Shown: positions 18,043-27,501 of the stretch, in pieces
How the letters are laid out: each line of letters opens with the position of its first letter
Numbering within the stretch: the first letter of the stretch is position 1
DNA from: an uncultured Candidatus Saccharibacteria bacterium
GTDB lineage: Bacteria > Patescibacteriota > Minisyncoccia > Phycocordibacterales > Phycocordibacteraceae
Reading direction: 5' to 3'
Length of the DNA stretch: 64,000 nucleotides
NCBI GenBank assembly: GCA_964634305.1
Contig: CAZWLE010000001.1
Location: 1,128-65,127, forward strand
Program-made: the position numbers and the translations under genes
The notes under the pieces: generated by a model
The model's database searches: none
Seen by the model: only the letters and a program-made list of their open reading frames with translations
Told to the model about the DNA's origin: nothing

Positions 18043-18600
18043 ATGCATGAGATAGAAGTAAAAGCAGCGCTAAAAGACAAGGAAGGCGTCATGCGTCTTC
18101 TCATAGAGCGCGGTGTTGTATTTTCCGAGCCAGTCACCGAAGACGACATGCTCTATGCGCTTGAGGTGGGAGATAAAGAGTCATATAACCGGAACCAAAA
18201 CTTCTTGCGCACGCGTGTGCGAGGTAATGGAGAAATCATCTTTACGCTCAAGCATCACCCCGAGCGTCATGAAGGCCGCGCTGATTCTATGCCCATTGAG
18301 CACGAAACAAGTGTTGGGTCTCGTGAGGAAATTGAAGCGATGCTGAAATATATGGGGTACCAAGAAGCTGTGCGGGTGCAGAAGACGAGACAAAAAGGGA
18401 AATTGGATAAGCGCGAGTACTGTATCGACGATGTCGAAGGACTAGGGTCGTTTATTGAGATAGAAGAACTGGGAGCCAAAGAGGATGTCTCTCGGATTGT
18501 GGAGGAGCTCCTAGAAGAACTCGCTGGACTTGGTATTGCTCGGGAGGATATGTTCGCTGAACGGTACGATATTGCAATGCTCAAGAAACGTTGGAGCTAG
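18043..18600 (+). CDS. CYTH-domain protein (class IV adenylate cyclase-like)
   Basis: N-terminal EIEVK (ExExK), LRTR, TLK, KTR, DDVEGLGSFIEIE. Confidence 0.88.
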   Translation: MHEIEVKAALKDKEGVMRLLIERGVVFSEPVTEDDMLYALEVGDKESYNRNQNFLRTRVRGNGEIIFTLKHHPERHEGRADSMPIEHETSVGSREEIEAMLKYMGYQEAVRVQKTRQKGKLDKREYCIDDVEGLGSFIEIEELGAKEDVSRIVEELLEELAGLGIAREDMFAERYDIAMLKKRWS

Positions 18601-18647
18601 CGGTATACTGGTTGCAGGTTCGTTTATCGGCATTTTTCTACGAAACC

Positions 18648-19211
18648 ATGGATATGAAGGCAATTATTGGCATCATTGTTGCAGTCGCTGTGATTGGCGG
18701 CGGCGCATGGTATGTCACGCAGCAGTCAGAGGAAGGTACTGAGGAGCAGAAGGCAACAGGTACGATGAACACGGGTACCTACGCAACTTTGCTCGCACTT
18801 GGCGGCTCACAGGAGTGTCAGGTCAGTGTTATGAATCCTGACGCACCGGCGACTGGCACCGTGTACGTCTCAGGAGATGAGGTACGTTCTGACGTGGTCG
18901 CCACCCCCGAGGGTACGTCTATAACCGCACATATGATAAAAACCGGCGGCTATCTCTACATGTGGACCGACATGATGCCGCAGGGGGTACGAGTGAAAGA
19001 AAGCGCAGCCGCAGAAATGGCAGATGAGAATCAGACCGCAACGGGCTTTAACACGAGCACGGAAGTCTCCTATTCCTGCAAGCCATGGATAGTGGATGCA
19101 TCAAAGTTTGAAGTCCCAGGCTCCGTTACGTTTATGGAATTTGGTGCGCAAGGTGGTACGGGTGGTTTCCCGATGCCAAACATGCCGCTGACGGCGCCGC
19201 AGCCAAACTAG
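18648..19211 (+). CDS. N-terminally anchored exported hypothetical protein
   Basis: TM IIGIIVAVAVIGGGAWY, beta-rich body with paired Cys. Confidence 0.75.
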   Translation: MDMKAIIGIIVAVAVIGGGAWYVTQQSEEGTEEQKATGTMNTGTYATLLALGGSQECQVSVMNPDAPATGTVYVSGDEVRSDVVATPEGTSITAHMIKTGGYLYMWTDMMPQGVRVKESAAAEMADENQTATGFNTSTEVSYSCKPWIVDASKFEVPGSVTFMEFGAQGGTGGFPMPNMPLTAPQPN

Positions 19212-19230
19212 TACGTGTCATAAAAACGTT

Positions 19231-19254
19231 AGCGCCCCCAGTCGGGGGCGCTTT
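19231..19254. terminator. Terminator between convergent genes
   Basis: AGCGCCCCC-AGTC-GGGGGCGCT. Confidence 0.75.
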
Positions 19255-19276
19255 CGCTTAGAGTATTGTCGTAGCG

Positions 19277-19690
19277 TTAGACCGTGTTCTTGCTGTCGAC
19301 TTGCGGAGGCATTGGCACGGGGACGAGCACATAGAATTGCCGACCCGTGAGATTGCTGCCACCAGCGAGGACACGGGCGCGCACGACGATAAGCTCGACG
19401 TTTTGATGAGCGTACGGCGTGTTTGCTTCGCGGTCGAGCACTGCATCAACGCGAATGATGGCCGGTGTTGACCCATTTGAGAGACACCGTTGCTCAGTCA
19501 GTTGCGTGAGCATGGTCGCGATGAAGACTTCATCGCCGCCAGATTGGAACGCACGGCCGATAGCGCGCGCGTCTTCTTCTTGCGAACAGAAGATGCCGTC
19601 GTACGGAATAGACGGATTTGCGTCTTGTGCGTAACTGAAGCCAGTGGTGAAAATCCACCCCGCAGCGAGTGCGGTGCAAAAGCGCATCAT
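19277..19690 (-). CDS. SD-led secreted orphan protein
   Basis: GGAGG SD, signal peptide ending SYA, CATACT -10 and leader hairpin. Confidence 0.7.
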   Translation of the reverse strand: MMRFCTALAAGWIFTTGFSYAQDANPSIPYDGIFCSQEEDARAIGRAFQSGGDEVFIATMLTQLTEQRCLSNGSTPAIIRVDAVLDREANTPYAHQNVELIVVRARVLAGGSNLTGRQFYVLVPVPMPPQVDSKNTV

Positions 19691-19770
19691 GATATGTCCT
19701 CCAAGTGGAGAGCCTAGCTGAGAAAGTACAGCTCGGCACAGTATGCACCCGCTCTATCTACGTTGGTGCA

Positions 19771-19779
19771 TTATCCACA
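19771..19779 (+). promoter_or_regulatory. Consensus DnaA box
   Basis: TTATCCACA immediately upstream of carA -35. Confidence 0.45.
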
Positions 19780-19785
19780 GCTCAT

Positions 19786-19872
19786 TTGACGCATCACTGT
19801 ACCGGTCTATACTTGGGCTTTAATGGCCGGCACGATAAGTAAGAGCAGCACCTCCTTGGCGGAGGTATTTTT
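19786..19872 (+). promoter_or_regulatory. carA promoter and structured leader
   Basis: TTGACG-N16-TATACT(19808-13); ACCTCC-TTGGC-GGAGGT-ATTTTT hairpin containing the SD. Confidence 0.65.
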
Positions 19873-20931
19873 GTGCCCAGTCTCGATATGAAGCTCCATC
19901 TTGAAAACGGCGAATCGTTTGAGGGAGCATCATTTGGTGCGAAGAAAACAATGACAGGTGAAGTCGTATTCAACACCGGTATGGTTGGATACGTAGAAAC
20001 GCTTACCGACCCGTCATACCGAGGACAAATTCTCGTATGTACCTATCCGCTCGTTGGTAACTACGGTGTGCCTGACAAGAAAGGATTTGAATCAGAGCGT
20101 ATTCAGGTAGCAGGGCTCGTCGTGTCGGAATACTGCGAAGCGTATTCGCATGCAGACGCAAAAGAATCGCTTGGTGCGTGGCTGACGCGTTCTGGAGTTC
20201 CGGCAATGACCGGCGCTGATACGCGCGCTATCACGAAGATGCTCCGCGAGAAGGGCGTCATGCTTGGTGCTCTTTCATACGACGGCAAGAAGCCAAAGCT
20301 CAAGGACCCGAACGAAGGGAATTTGGTAGCAGACGTATCGCTTTCCAAAAAGAAGATCTATGGTTCCGGCAAGAAGCGCATTATTGCGGTTGATTGCGGC
20401 ATGAAGGAGAACATTGCGCGCATGCTCGCCGTACCAGGAGCGACCGTGACGCGTGTGCCATGGGATTACGATTTCACTAAGGAGAAGTACGACGGACTCT
20501 TCATTAGTAACGGTCCGGGGAATCCAGAACAATGTGAGGCCACGATTCAACATCTGCGTAAAGCAATGAAGAAAGACACGCCGATACTTGGTATCTGTCT
20601 TGGTACGCAGCTGCTTGCGCTTGCGGCAGGAGGAAAGACCTACAAGCTCAAGTATGGTCATCGTTCTCAAAATCAGCCGTGCACCATTGTGAAGTCAGGC
20701 GCAAAGCGTTCCTACATCACGAGTCAAAACCACGGCTACGCTGTTGATGCCGCATCACTCCCTAAGGAATGGAAGGTGTGGTTCACCAATGCCAATGATG
20801 GCTCAGTGGAAGGTATACGCCATACCACTAAGCCGTGGCAGGCAGTGCAATTTCATCCTGAGGCAGCACCAGGCCCAACTGACACGGCGTGGGTACTGCA
20901 GGATTTTCTTAAGAAAGTAGGCGCTATATGA
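19873..20931 (+). CDS. carA: Carbamoyl-phosphate synthase small subunit
   Basis: GEVVFNTGMVGY, TDPSY, SNGPG, GICLG (catalytic Cys), QNHGY, QFHPE; start GTG 19873 or ATG 19888. Confidence 0.97.
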   Translation: MPSLDMKLHLENGESFEGASFGAKKTMTGEVVFNTGMVGYVETLTDPSYRGQILVCTYPLVGNYGVPDKKGFESERIQVAGLVVSEYCEAYSHADAKESLGAWLTRSGVPAMTGADTRAITKMLREKGVMLGALSYDGKKPKLKDPNEGNLVADVSLSKKKIYGSGKKRIIAVDCGMKENIARMLAVPGATVTRVPWDYDFTKEKYDGLFISNGPGNPEQCEATIQHLRKAMKKDTPILGICLGTQLLALAAGGKTYKLKYGHRSQNQPCTIVKSGAKRSYITSQNHGYAVDAASLPKEWKVWFTNANDGSVEGIRHTTKPWQAVQFHPEAAPGPTDTAWVLQDFLKKVGAI

Positions 20932-23900
20932 AACTAGACAAGCCAAAGAAGGTGCTGCTCCTTGGATCAGGCGGCCTTCGTATTGGTCAGGCAGGTGAGT
21001 TTGATTACTCCGGTTCTCAGGCCATTAAGGCGTTTAAGCAGGAGGGGATTGAGGTCATCCTCATGAATCCAAACATTGCGACGGTCCAGACGGACGAAGG
21101 ACTCGCAGACCGCGTGTACTTCCTGCCGCTCACGATAGAGTTCGCGACCGACATCATTAAAAAAGAACGCCCTGACGCTATCTCCCTTTCGTTTGGTGGC
21201 CAGACGGCGCTCAATCTTGGCTTGGCGCTTGAAGAAAAAGGGGTTCTAAAGAAATACGATGTTCGCGTGCTGGGTACGCCAGTGTCGGTGATTCGCGATA
21301 CCGAAGACCGTGACCTCTTTAAAAAGCGTCTCGACGAAATAGAGGTAAAGACGGCACGCTCGTTTGCAGTACGAAATGTCGCGGATGCCAAAGAAGCAGC
21401 AAAAAAGCTGGGCTACCCGATTATGTCGCGCTCAGGCTTTGCGCTTGGTGGCGAAGGCTCAGGTCTCGTGCGCACTGAGGCAGACTTGGTCGCCAAACTC
21501 TCCGAGGTATTTCATACAAACCCGCAGGTGCTTATCGAAGAATATCTCGAGGGCTGGAAGGAAGTGGAGTACGAAGTGGTACGTGACGCGTACGACAACT
21601 GCATCACGGTCTGTAACATGGAGAATCTTGACCCTATGGGAGTACACACGGGTGAGTCTATTGTCGTTGCGCCATCCCAGACCCTTACGAATGCCGAATA
21701 TCACAACCTTCGCGAGGTCGCGATTAAAACGATTCGTCACCTTGGCATCGTCGGTGAATGCAACATTCAGTACGCACTGCACCCTAAGACCGGTGACTAT
21801 CGCGTCATTGAAGTAAATGCTCGTCTCTCTCGTTCGTCAGCGCTCGCCTCAAAAGCAACCGGCTACCCGCTCGCCTACGTTGCGGCAAAGCTCGCGCTCG
21901 GCCACGCACTCCCTGACCTGCCAAACGCCGTCACTCGCTCAACGTCTGCGTGTTTTGAACCAGCACTCGACTACATCGTTATTAAGATGCCGCGCTGGGA
22001 CCTCAATAAATTTGAGAACGCGAATCATCAGATAGGAACAGAAATGAAGAGTGTGGGTGAAGTAATGGCAATAGGACGCTCGTTTGAAGAGGTGTTTCAG
22101 AAGGGTCTGCGCATGCTCTCGATTGGTGCTGATGGGTTTACGGCGCAACGTAATAGCAACTTCAAGATTGAAGACTACGAGAAGCAGATTAAGCATCCGA
22201 CTACTCGCCGTGTCTTTGCGATAGCGGAAGCACTCCGTAACGGCGTTACGGTAGAGCGCATTCACAAACTCTCTGGCATTGACCCATGGTTTTTGGAGAA
22301 GATGCGCAACCTTATCGCTATCGAGCGAAAACTTAAGCGTTCAACCCTTAACCGTGCTGACCTTCTGCTTGCAAAGCGCGCAGGGTTCTCTGACCGACAG
22401 ATTGCTAACCTTTCAAAGAAAACCGAAGCAGCCGTTCGTAAGTTGCGCGCGCGCGCAAAGATACGTCCGTACATAAAACAGATTGATACGCTCGCGGGTG
22501 AGTACCCAGCAGAAACAAACTACCTCTATCTCACTTATCACGGTGACCGCGACGACATCCTGCCGTCAAAGAAGAAGAGCGTTATCGTACTCGGCTCTGG
22601 TCCCTACGCGATTGGTTCTTCGGTTGAGTTTGATTGGTCGAGTGTGCAGGCACTCAAAACACTTGGCGACAATGGTTACGAAACCGTCATGGTCAATTAC
22701 AACCCGGAGACGGTGTCGACTGACTACGACATGAGTGACCGTCTCTACTTTGATGAACTCTCGCTTGAACGGGTGCTCGATATTGTTGCCTTTGAACAAC
22801 CAGCAGGGTTGGTAGTGTCTACCGGCGGACAGATTCCAAACAATCTTGCGCTCGCCCTCCACGAAGAAGGAGTAAAGATTCTCGGTACCTCACCTGCGGA
22901 TATTAATCGTGCGGAAGACCGCCATGTGTTTTCAGCACTCTTGGATAAACTTGGTATCGACCAGCCACGCTGGGTTGAGCTCTCTTCTCTTAATCAGGCG
23001 GCTAAGACAGCGGCAGAGATAGGGTATCCAGTGCTGATTCGCCCGTCGTACGTGCTCTCAGGTGCTGCCATGAGTGTAGCCTTTGATGAAGCATCGCTGC
23101 GTAAGTTCCTCCAGCGTGCGACGAAGGTGTCATCTGACCACCCGATTGTTATCTCTAAGTTTATTGAGAATGCGCGTGAAATTGAAATAGATGGTGTAGC
23201 GTCAAAAGGAAAGCTTGAGCTCTATGCGTTTAGTGAGCACGTAGAGAACGCCGGCACGCACTCAGGTGACGCGACGATAGTGCTTCCTGCGCAGCGCACT
23301 TACTTGGAAACAATTCGCCGTGCAAAACATATTGCAAAGCAGATTGTAAAAGAATTGAAGATAACAGGACCGTTTAATATTCAATTCCTTGCTAAAGACA
23401 ACAATATTCAGGTGATTGAGTGTAACGTGCGTGCCTCTCGTTCGTTCCCATTCGTCTCAAAAGTCACACGTTACAACTTCATTCGTATTGCGATTGAAGC
23501 AATGCTTGGAAAGAATATTTCGAGCGACTACAAAACGCTGGAGCTTGATTACGTCGGTGTAAAAAGCCCACAGTTCTCGCATAGTCGTATTAAGGGCGCC
23601 GACCCACTCTTGTATGTGGAAATGGCATCAACCGGTGAAGTAGCAGCCTTTGGTGAGAACTATCACCATGCACTCCTTAAATCGATGATGGCAGCGGGTA
23701 TGCGGTTGCCGAAGAAGAACGTCCTTGTCTCTCTTGGTGGTGATGAGAACAAAATAAAACTGCTCCCATCACTTCGAACACTGCACGATATGGGTTTTGT
23801 ACTCTTTGCGTCAGAGGGTACGCATGACTTCTTGGCTGAACACAACATTCCGTCAAAGAAAGTGCATAAAATTAATGCGCACAAAGAACCAAACATTCTG

Positions 23901-24128
23901 TCACTTATTGAAGATGGAGATGTAGACCTCATTGTTAACATTCCGACGCGCCCGCTCGCGCGTGAGACGGAAGACGGCTTTGTTATTCGTCGAAAAGCAG
24001 TCGACCTTGGTATTCCACTCATCACCAACCGCCAGCTTGCCGAAGCATTTATCACGGCACTCTCTGAAACGGGTGTAGGAGAGAAGCTACACGCCAAGGC
24101 GTGGGACGAATATAAGAAGGAAGCGTAA
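20928..24128 (+). CDS. carB: Carbamoyl-phosphate synthase large subunit
   Basis: GQAGEFDYSG, duplicated ATP-grasp (GVHTGES / GTHSGDA), MGS-like C-terminus. Confidence 0.98.
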   Translation: MKLDKPKKVLLLGSGGLRIGQAGEFDYSGSQAIKAFKQEGIEVILMNPNIATVQTDEGLADRVYFLPLTIEFATDIIKKERPDAISLSFGGQTALNLGLALEEKGVLKKYDVRVLGTPVSVIRDTEDRDLFKKRLDEIEVKTARSFAVRNVADAKEAAKKLGYPIMSRSGFALGGEGSGLVRTEADLVAKLSEVFHTNPQVLIEEYLEGWKEVEYEVVRDAYDNCITVCNMENLDPMGVHTGESIVVAPSQTLTNAEYHNLREVAIKTIRHLGIVGECNIQYALHPKTGDYRVIEVNARLSRSSALASKATGYPLAYVAAKLALGHALPDLPNAVTRSTSACFEPALDYIVIKMPRWDLNKFENANHQIGTEMKSVGEVMAIGRSFEEVFQKGLRMLSIGADGFTAQRNSNFKIEDYEKQIKHPTTRRVFAIAEALRNGVTVERIHKLSGIDPWFLEKMRNLIAIERKLKRSTLNRADLLLAKRAGFSDRQIANLSKKTEAAVRKLRARAKIRPYIKQIDTLAGEYPAETNYLYLTYHGDRDDILPSKKKSVIVLGSGPYAIGSSVEFDWSSVQALKTLGDNGYETVMVNYNPETVSTDYDMSDRLYFDELSLERVLDIVAFEQPAGLVVSTGGQIPNNLALALHEEGVKILGTSPADINRAEDRHVFSALLDKLGIDQPRWVELSSLNQAAKTAAEIGYPVLIRPSYVLSGAAMSVAFDEASLRKFLQRATKVSSDHPIVISKFIENAREIEIDGVASKGKLELYAFSEHVENAGTHSGDATIVLPAQRTYLETIRRAKHIAKQIVKELKITGPFNIQFLAKDNNIQVIECNVRASRSFPFVSKVTRYNFIRIAIEAMLGKNISSDYKTLELDYVGVKSPQFSHSRIKGADPLLYVEMASTGEVAAFGENYHHALLKSMMAAGMRLPKKNVLVSLGGDENKIKLLPSLRTLHDMGFVLFASEGTHDFLAEHNIPSKKVHKINAHKEPNILSLIEDGDVDLIVNIPTRPLARETEDGFVIRRKAVDLGIPLITNRQLAEAFITALSETGVGEKLHAKAWDEYKKEA

Positions 24129-24199
24129 GTGCGCCTTCACCCGCCCTTCACTAGGCGTTCGCGGTATAATGGGTGGGATTACCGGCTAGCCTCGCATAC

Positions 24200-24700
24200 A
24201 TGAACAAAAACACGCTTTGGATTATCGGTGGCGTCATTGTGGTTCTCGCACTTGGCTGGTGGGCGTATGCATCCATGAATGCTCCTACGGCCGTTGAGAA
24301 CAGCAGCCAGCAAGTCGCGGGAGAAAACGAAGAAGGATTTGTTGACGGCTCAAAAGACGGTGCTGCAGCCTCTCCTTCCACGCCAACGGGCGCAGTCGTT
24401 ATCACTCACAGTGAGAATGGCTTCTCTCCGGCATCTGTTACGGTGAAGCAGGGAACGACTGTCACGTTTATTAATGAGGACGGTAGTCGTATGTGGGTTG
24501 GCTCTGATGAGCACCCAACTCACACCGGGTATGCAGGCACCTCTCGCAGTGAGCACTGTACGAACGGTCCAAGCGCAACGGCGTTTGACCAGTGTGGTGC
24601 AACTGCAACCTACATGTTTACGTTCAACAAGACAGGAACGTGGGGGTATCACAACCACGTAGCGGCTGACCAGAAGGGTACCGTCGTTGTTACGCCATAG
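24200..24700 (+). CDS. Membrane-anchored cupredoxin-fold protein (His-rich site)
   Basis: GFSPASVTVKQGTTVTFIN, SDEHPTH, F..TGTWGYHNH. Confidence 0.75.
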   Translation: MNKNTLWIIGGVIVVLALGWWAYASMNAPTAVENSSQQVAGENEEGFVDGSKDGAAASPSTPTGAVVITHSENGFSPASVTVKQGTTVTFINEDGSRMWVGSDEHPTHTGYAGTSRSEHCTNGPSATAFDQCGATATYMFTFNKTGTWGYHNHVAADQKGTVVVTP

Positions 24701-24702
24701 GT

Positions 24703-25059
24703 ATGCGTTTCTCTGGAGTGCCTGAGCTTCTCCTTCGTCTAGGCGTTGCGTTTGCGTTTCTGTATCCGCCGGTTAACGCCATCATCGATCCGTATGCGTG
24801 GGTAGGATACTTCCCATCGTTTGTGCGCGACATAGGTTCAGAGATGCTCATCTTGCATATCTTTGGACTTATCGAGGTCATCATTGGTCTCTGGATACTG
24901 TCGGGTCGCAAGATATTCCTGCCATCAGTAGCCGCAACGGTGGCATTGCTTGGCATCGTGGTCTTTAACCTTGGTGACTTCCAGGTACTTTTCCGCGACC
25001 TCTCGATAGCAGCAATGTCACTTGCGCTTGCCTTGCTGCATCGGCCGCAGAAAGCCTAA
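24703..25059 (+). CDS. DoxX-like membrane protein
   Basis: LLRLGVA, G.IE..IG, RD motif; about four TMs. Confidence 0.7.
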   Translation: MRFSGVPELLLRLGVAFAFLYPPVNAIIDPYAWVGYFPSFVRDIGSEMLILHIFGLIEVIIGLWILSGRKIFLPSVAATVALLGIVVFNLGDFQVLFRDLSIAAMSLALALLHRPQKA

Positions 25060-25106
25060 AGGAGGCGTGTGGGTGGGGATAGTGCGACACGTATAATGGG
25101 CGGGCT

Positions 25107-26765
25107 ATGACGCAGGACGAGGCACTCTCGATTCTAAAGACCGGTGCGAACGCATTTCTGACCGGAGAGCCGGGCAGCGGCAAGACGCATACAGTAAACG
25201 CATATGTACGGTGGCTGCGGTCGCATGGTATCGAACCAGCGATTACTGCCTCAACGGGTATTGCTGCAACGCACGTAGGCGGCATGACCATTCATGCGTG
25301 GAGTGGTATTGGTATCCGTGAATATTTGTCGCCCTCTGATGTTGATGCGATTGCGTCCAAAGAGCATGTGGCTCGTCGTATTGGGAAAGCAACGACGCTC
25401 ATCATCGATGAAATCTCAATGCTCTCTGGCGAAGCACTTACTATGGTTGATAGTGTGTTGCGTGAAGTACGTCGCGATGACCGTGCGTTTGGTGGGCTTC
25501 AGGTCGTTATGGTGGGTGACTTCTTCCAGTTGCCGCCGGTCGGGAAAGCCGGACGCCCGGCTTCTTTTGCGTTCCAATCCGCTGCGTGGAATGCACTCAA
25601 TCCCCTGACGCTCTATCTAGAAGAACAACACCGTCAGGAAGATACGGAGTTTACTGACCTTCTCGGTCGCATACGAAGCGGTACGGCGGACCATAGTGAC
25701 GTATCGCGCATCATGTCCCGTGAGACAGAAGACGATGAAGGTACGCGTGAGTTGCCGCGCCTTTACACGCATAACGCTGACGCTGACCGCGAGAATGCGA
25801 GTAAGCTCGCGGCACTCCCCGGCACAGTGCGTACGTGCTACATGGACGCCACCGGTCCTGATGCGTTGGTAGACGCTCTAAAACGTGGCTGTTTGTCGCC
25901 AGAGCAGCTTGAACTTAAAGAAGGGGCGGTGGTGATGTTCACGAAGAACAATCCGATGAGTGGCTACAGTAACGGCACGATTGGGGTTGTGGAGGGATTT
26001 GAAGGAGGGAGCGGGTATCCCGTCGTGCGCACTCGCGATGAGCGCACGCTTATCGTGATGCCCCAAGACTGGGCCGTTGAAGAGAACGGTAAGGTGCGTG
26101 CAAAGCTCTCTCAGGTGCCACTGCGTTTGGCGTGGGCTATCACCGTGCATAAAAGCCAAGGCCAATCGATTGATGCTGCTCTCATAGACCTTTCACGCGC
26201 GTTTGAATACGGTCAAGGATATGTAGCACTCTCTCGCTTACGTTCGCTTGAAGGGTTGCATCTTCTTGGCTGGAACGAAAATGCCCTCATGGTGCATCCT
26301 CTGGTTGCGCAAATGGATACTATATTTCGCGCGTCCTCTCATGAAGCGGCACGAATTTTTGGTGCTCTCCCAGACCGTGCACAGTTAGAGAACGATTTCA
26401 TACGAGCGTCTGGCGGAACGCTTCAAGCGTCGAGCGATGGCGAGCGAAAGGGAAAGCCCTCCACCTATGACACTACCTACGAACTCATAACGGAAGGTAA
26501 AAGTCTGTTGCTCATCGCTAAAGAGCGAAACATGACGGTTGGCACTATCGTCACGCATCTTGAGAAGCTCTACGAAGCGGGACGGCTTGAGCTAGATGCA
26601 ATTGCAGAGCTTTCACCAAAGGCAGTGGTAGACGGTCTTGGGGTTATTGGCGAGGCATTTACCAAAGCGAAGACCTCATCGCTCACTCCGGTGTTTAAAC
26701 GCCTTAAAGGGAAGTACACCTTCGACGAATTGAAACTCGCACGACTCCTCCTTTCGGACTCCTGA
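25107..26765 (+). CDS. Pif1-family 5'-3' DNA helicase with C-terminal HTH
   Basis: GEPGSGKT, ASTGIAA, IDEISM, FGGLQV..GDFFQLPPV, LAWAITVHKSQG, YVALSR. Confidence 0.92.
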   Translation: MTQDEALSILKTGANAFLTGEPGSGKTHTVNAYVRWLRSHGIEPAITASTGIAATHVGGMTIHAWSGIGIREYLSPSDVDAIASKEHVARRIGKATTLIIDEISMLSGEALTMVDSVLREVRRDDRAFGGLQVVMVGDFFQLPPVGKAGRPASFAFQSAAWNALNPLTLYLEEQHRQEDTEFTDLLGRIRSGTADHSDVSRIMSRETEDDEGTRELPRLYTHNADADRENASKLAALPGTVRTCYMDATGPDALVDALKRGCLSPEQLELKEGAVVMFTKNNPMSGYSNGTIGVVEGFEGGSGYPVVRTRDERTLIVMPQDWAVEENGKVRAKLSQVPLRLAWAITVHKSQGQSIDAALIDLSRAFEYGQGYVALSRLRSLEGLHLLGWNENALMVHPLVAQMDTIFRASSHEAARIFGALPDRAQLENDFIRASGGTLQASSDGERKGKPSTYDTTYELITEGKSLLLIAKERNMTVGTIVTHLEKLYEAGRLELDAIAELSPKAVVDGLGVIGEAFTKAKTSSLTPVFKRLKGKYTFDELKLARLLLSDS

Positions 26766-26784
26766 CCCTTGGTATACTAGGTAT

Positions 26785-27456
26785 ATGAACTGGAAGGGCT
26801 GGACGCTGTTTGCCATTATCCTCGCGCTCGCCGGAGCGATAACAGCCTTTATACTCGTTGCGAACGATACACCGCCCCCTGCGCCGGTAGTAGAGGAAGA
26901 AGTACCAAATCTTGAAGGTCAGAATCTGTACGCAAGTGGTGAGTATGGTTTTACGCTCCGCTATCCTGCGTCTGCGCGTCTTGAAGAAGCATTCTCTGCG
27001 GAGTATCACCTCGCTCCAACCTGGCGTGCGTCAGCGCGTGAAGATACCGGTACTCCTGTGCTTGCGCTCGTTGCGTATGAGACGGAAAGCGATAGTTCGT
27101 ACCCTCGTTACTACCGGGCGCTCGTGCGTCTTGGGGTGTCAGACGATGCAGCGGATGTGTCATCGTGTGAGTCAGTAACGCCTGATTCAGGGGAAGAGGC
27201 CCTTGCAGATGTCGTATTGAATGGCACGACTTGGAGTGCGTTCTCCTTTGCAGATGCTGGCATGCAGCAGTACGTCAAAGGTGTCTCATATCGCACCGTG
27301 CATAACGGCAAGTGTTACGCACTCGAGAAGATTGCCGCTGGTTCCTCGTATCGTGATGACCCAGAAAGTGGAAGTGATATCCCTGACGAAGAGCTCGACG
27401 CAGAATATGCGCAGCTTGATGCGATTGTTTCCACCTTCACGTTCTCTGCGCCATAG
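26785..27456 (+). CDS. N-terminally anchored exported hypothetical protein
   Basis: TM, YGFTLRYP, C-terminal IVSTFTF. Confidence 0.75.
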   Translation: MNWKGWTLFAIILALAGAITAFILVANDTPPPAPVVEEEVPNLEGQNLYASGEYGFTLRYPASARLEEAFSAEYHLAPTWRASAREDTGTPVLALVAYETESDSSYPRYYRALVRLGVSDDAADVSSCESVTPDSGEEALADVVLNGTTWSAFSFADAGMQQYVKGVSYRTVHNGKCYALEKIAAGSSYRDDPESGSDIPDEELDAEYAQLDAIVSTFTFSAP

Positions 27457-27501
27457 TTTCGTTCTTGGTAGTCGTGTGCTAGAGTAGCCCGCAATACAGG
27501 T

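Noticed and set aside
19700-19800. Replication origin
   Set aside because: Only one DnaA box, no AT-rich unwinding element, no dnaA/dnaN nearby.
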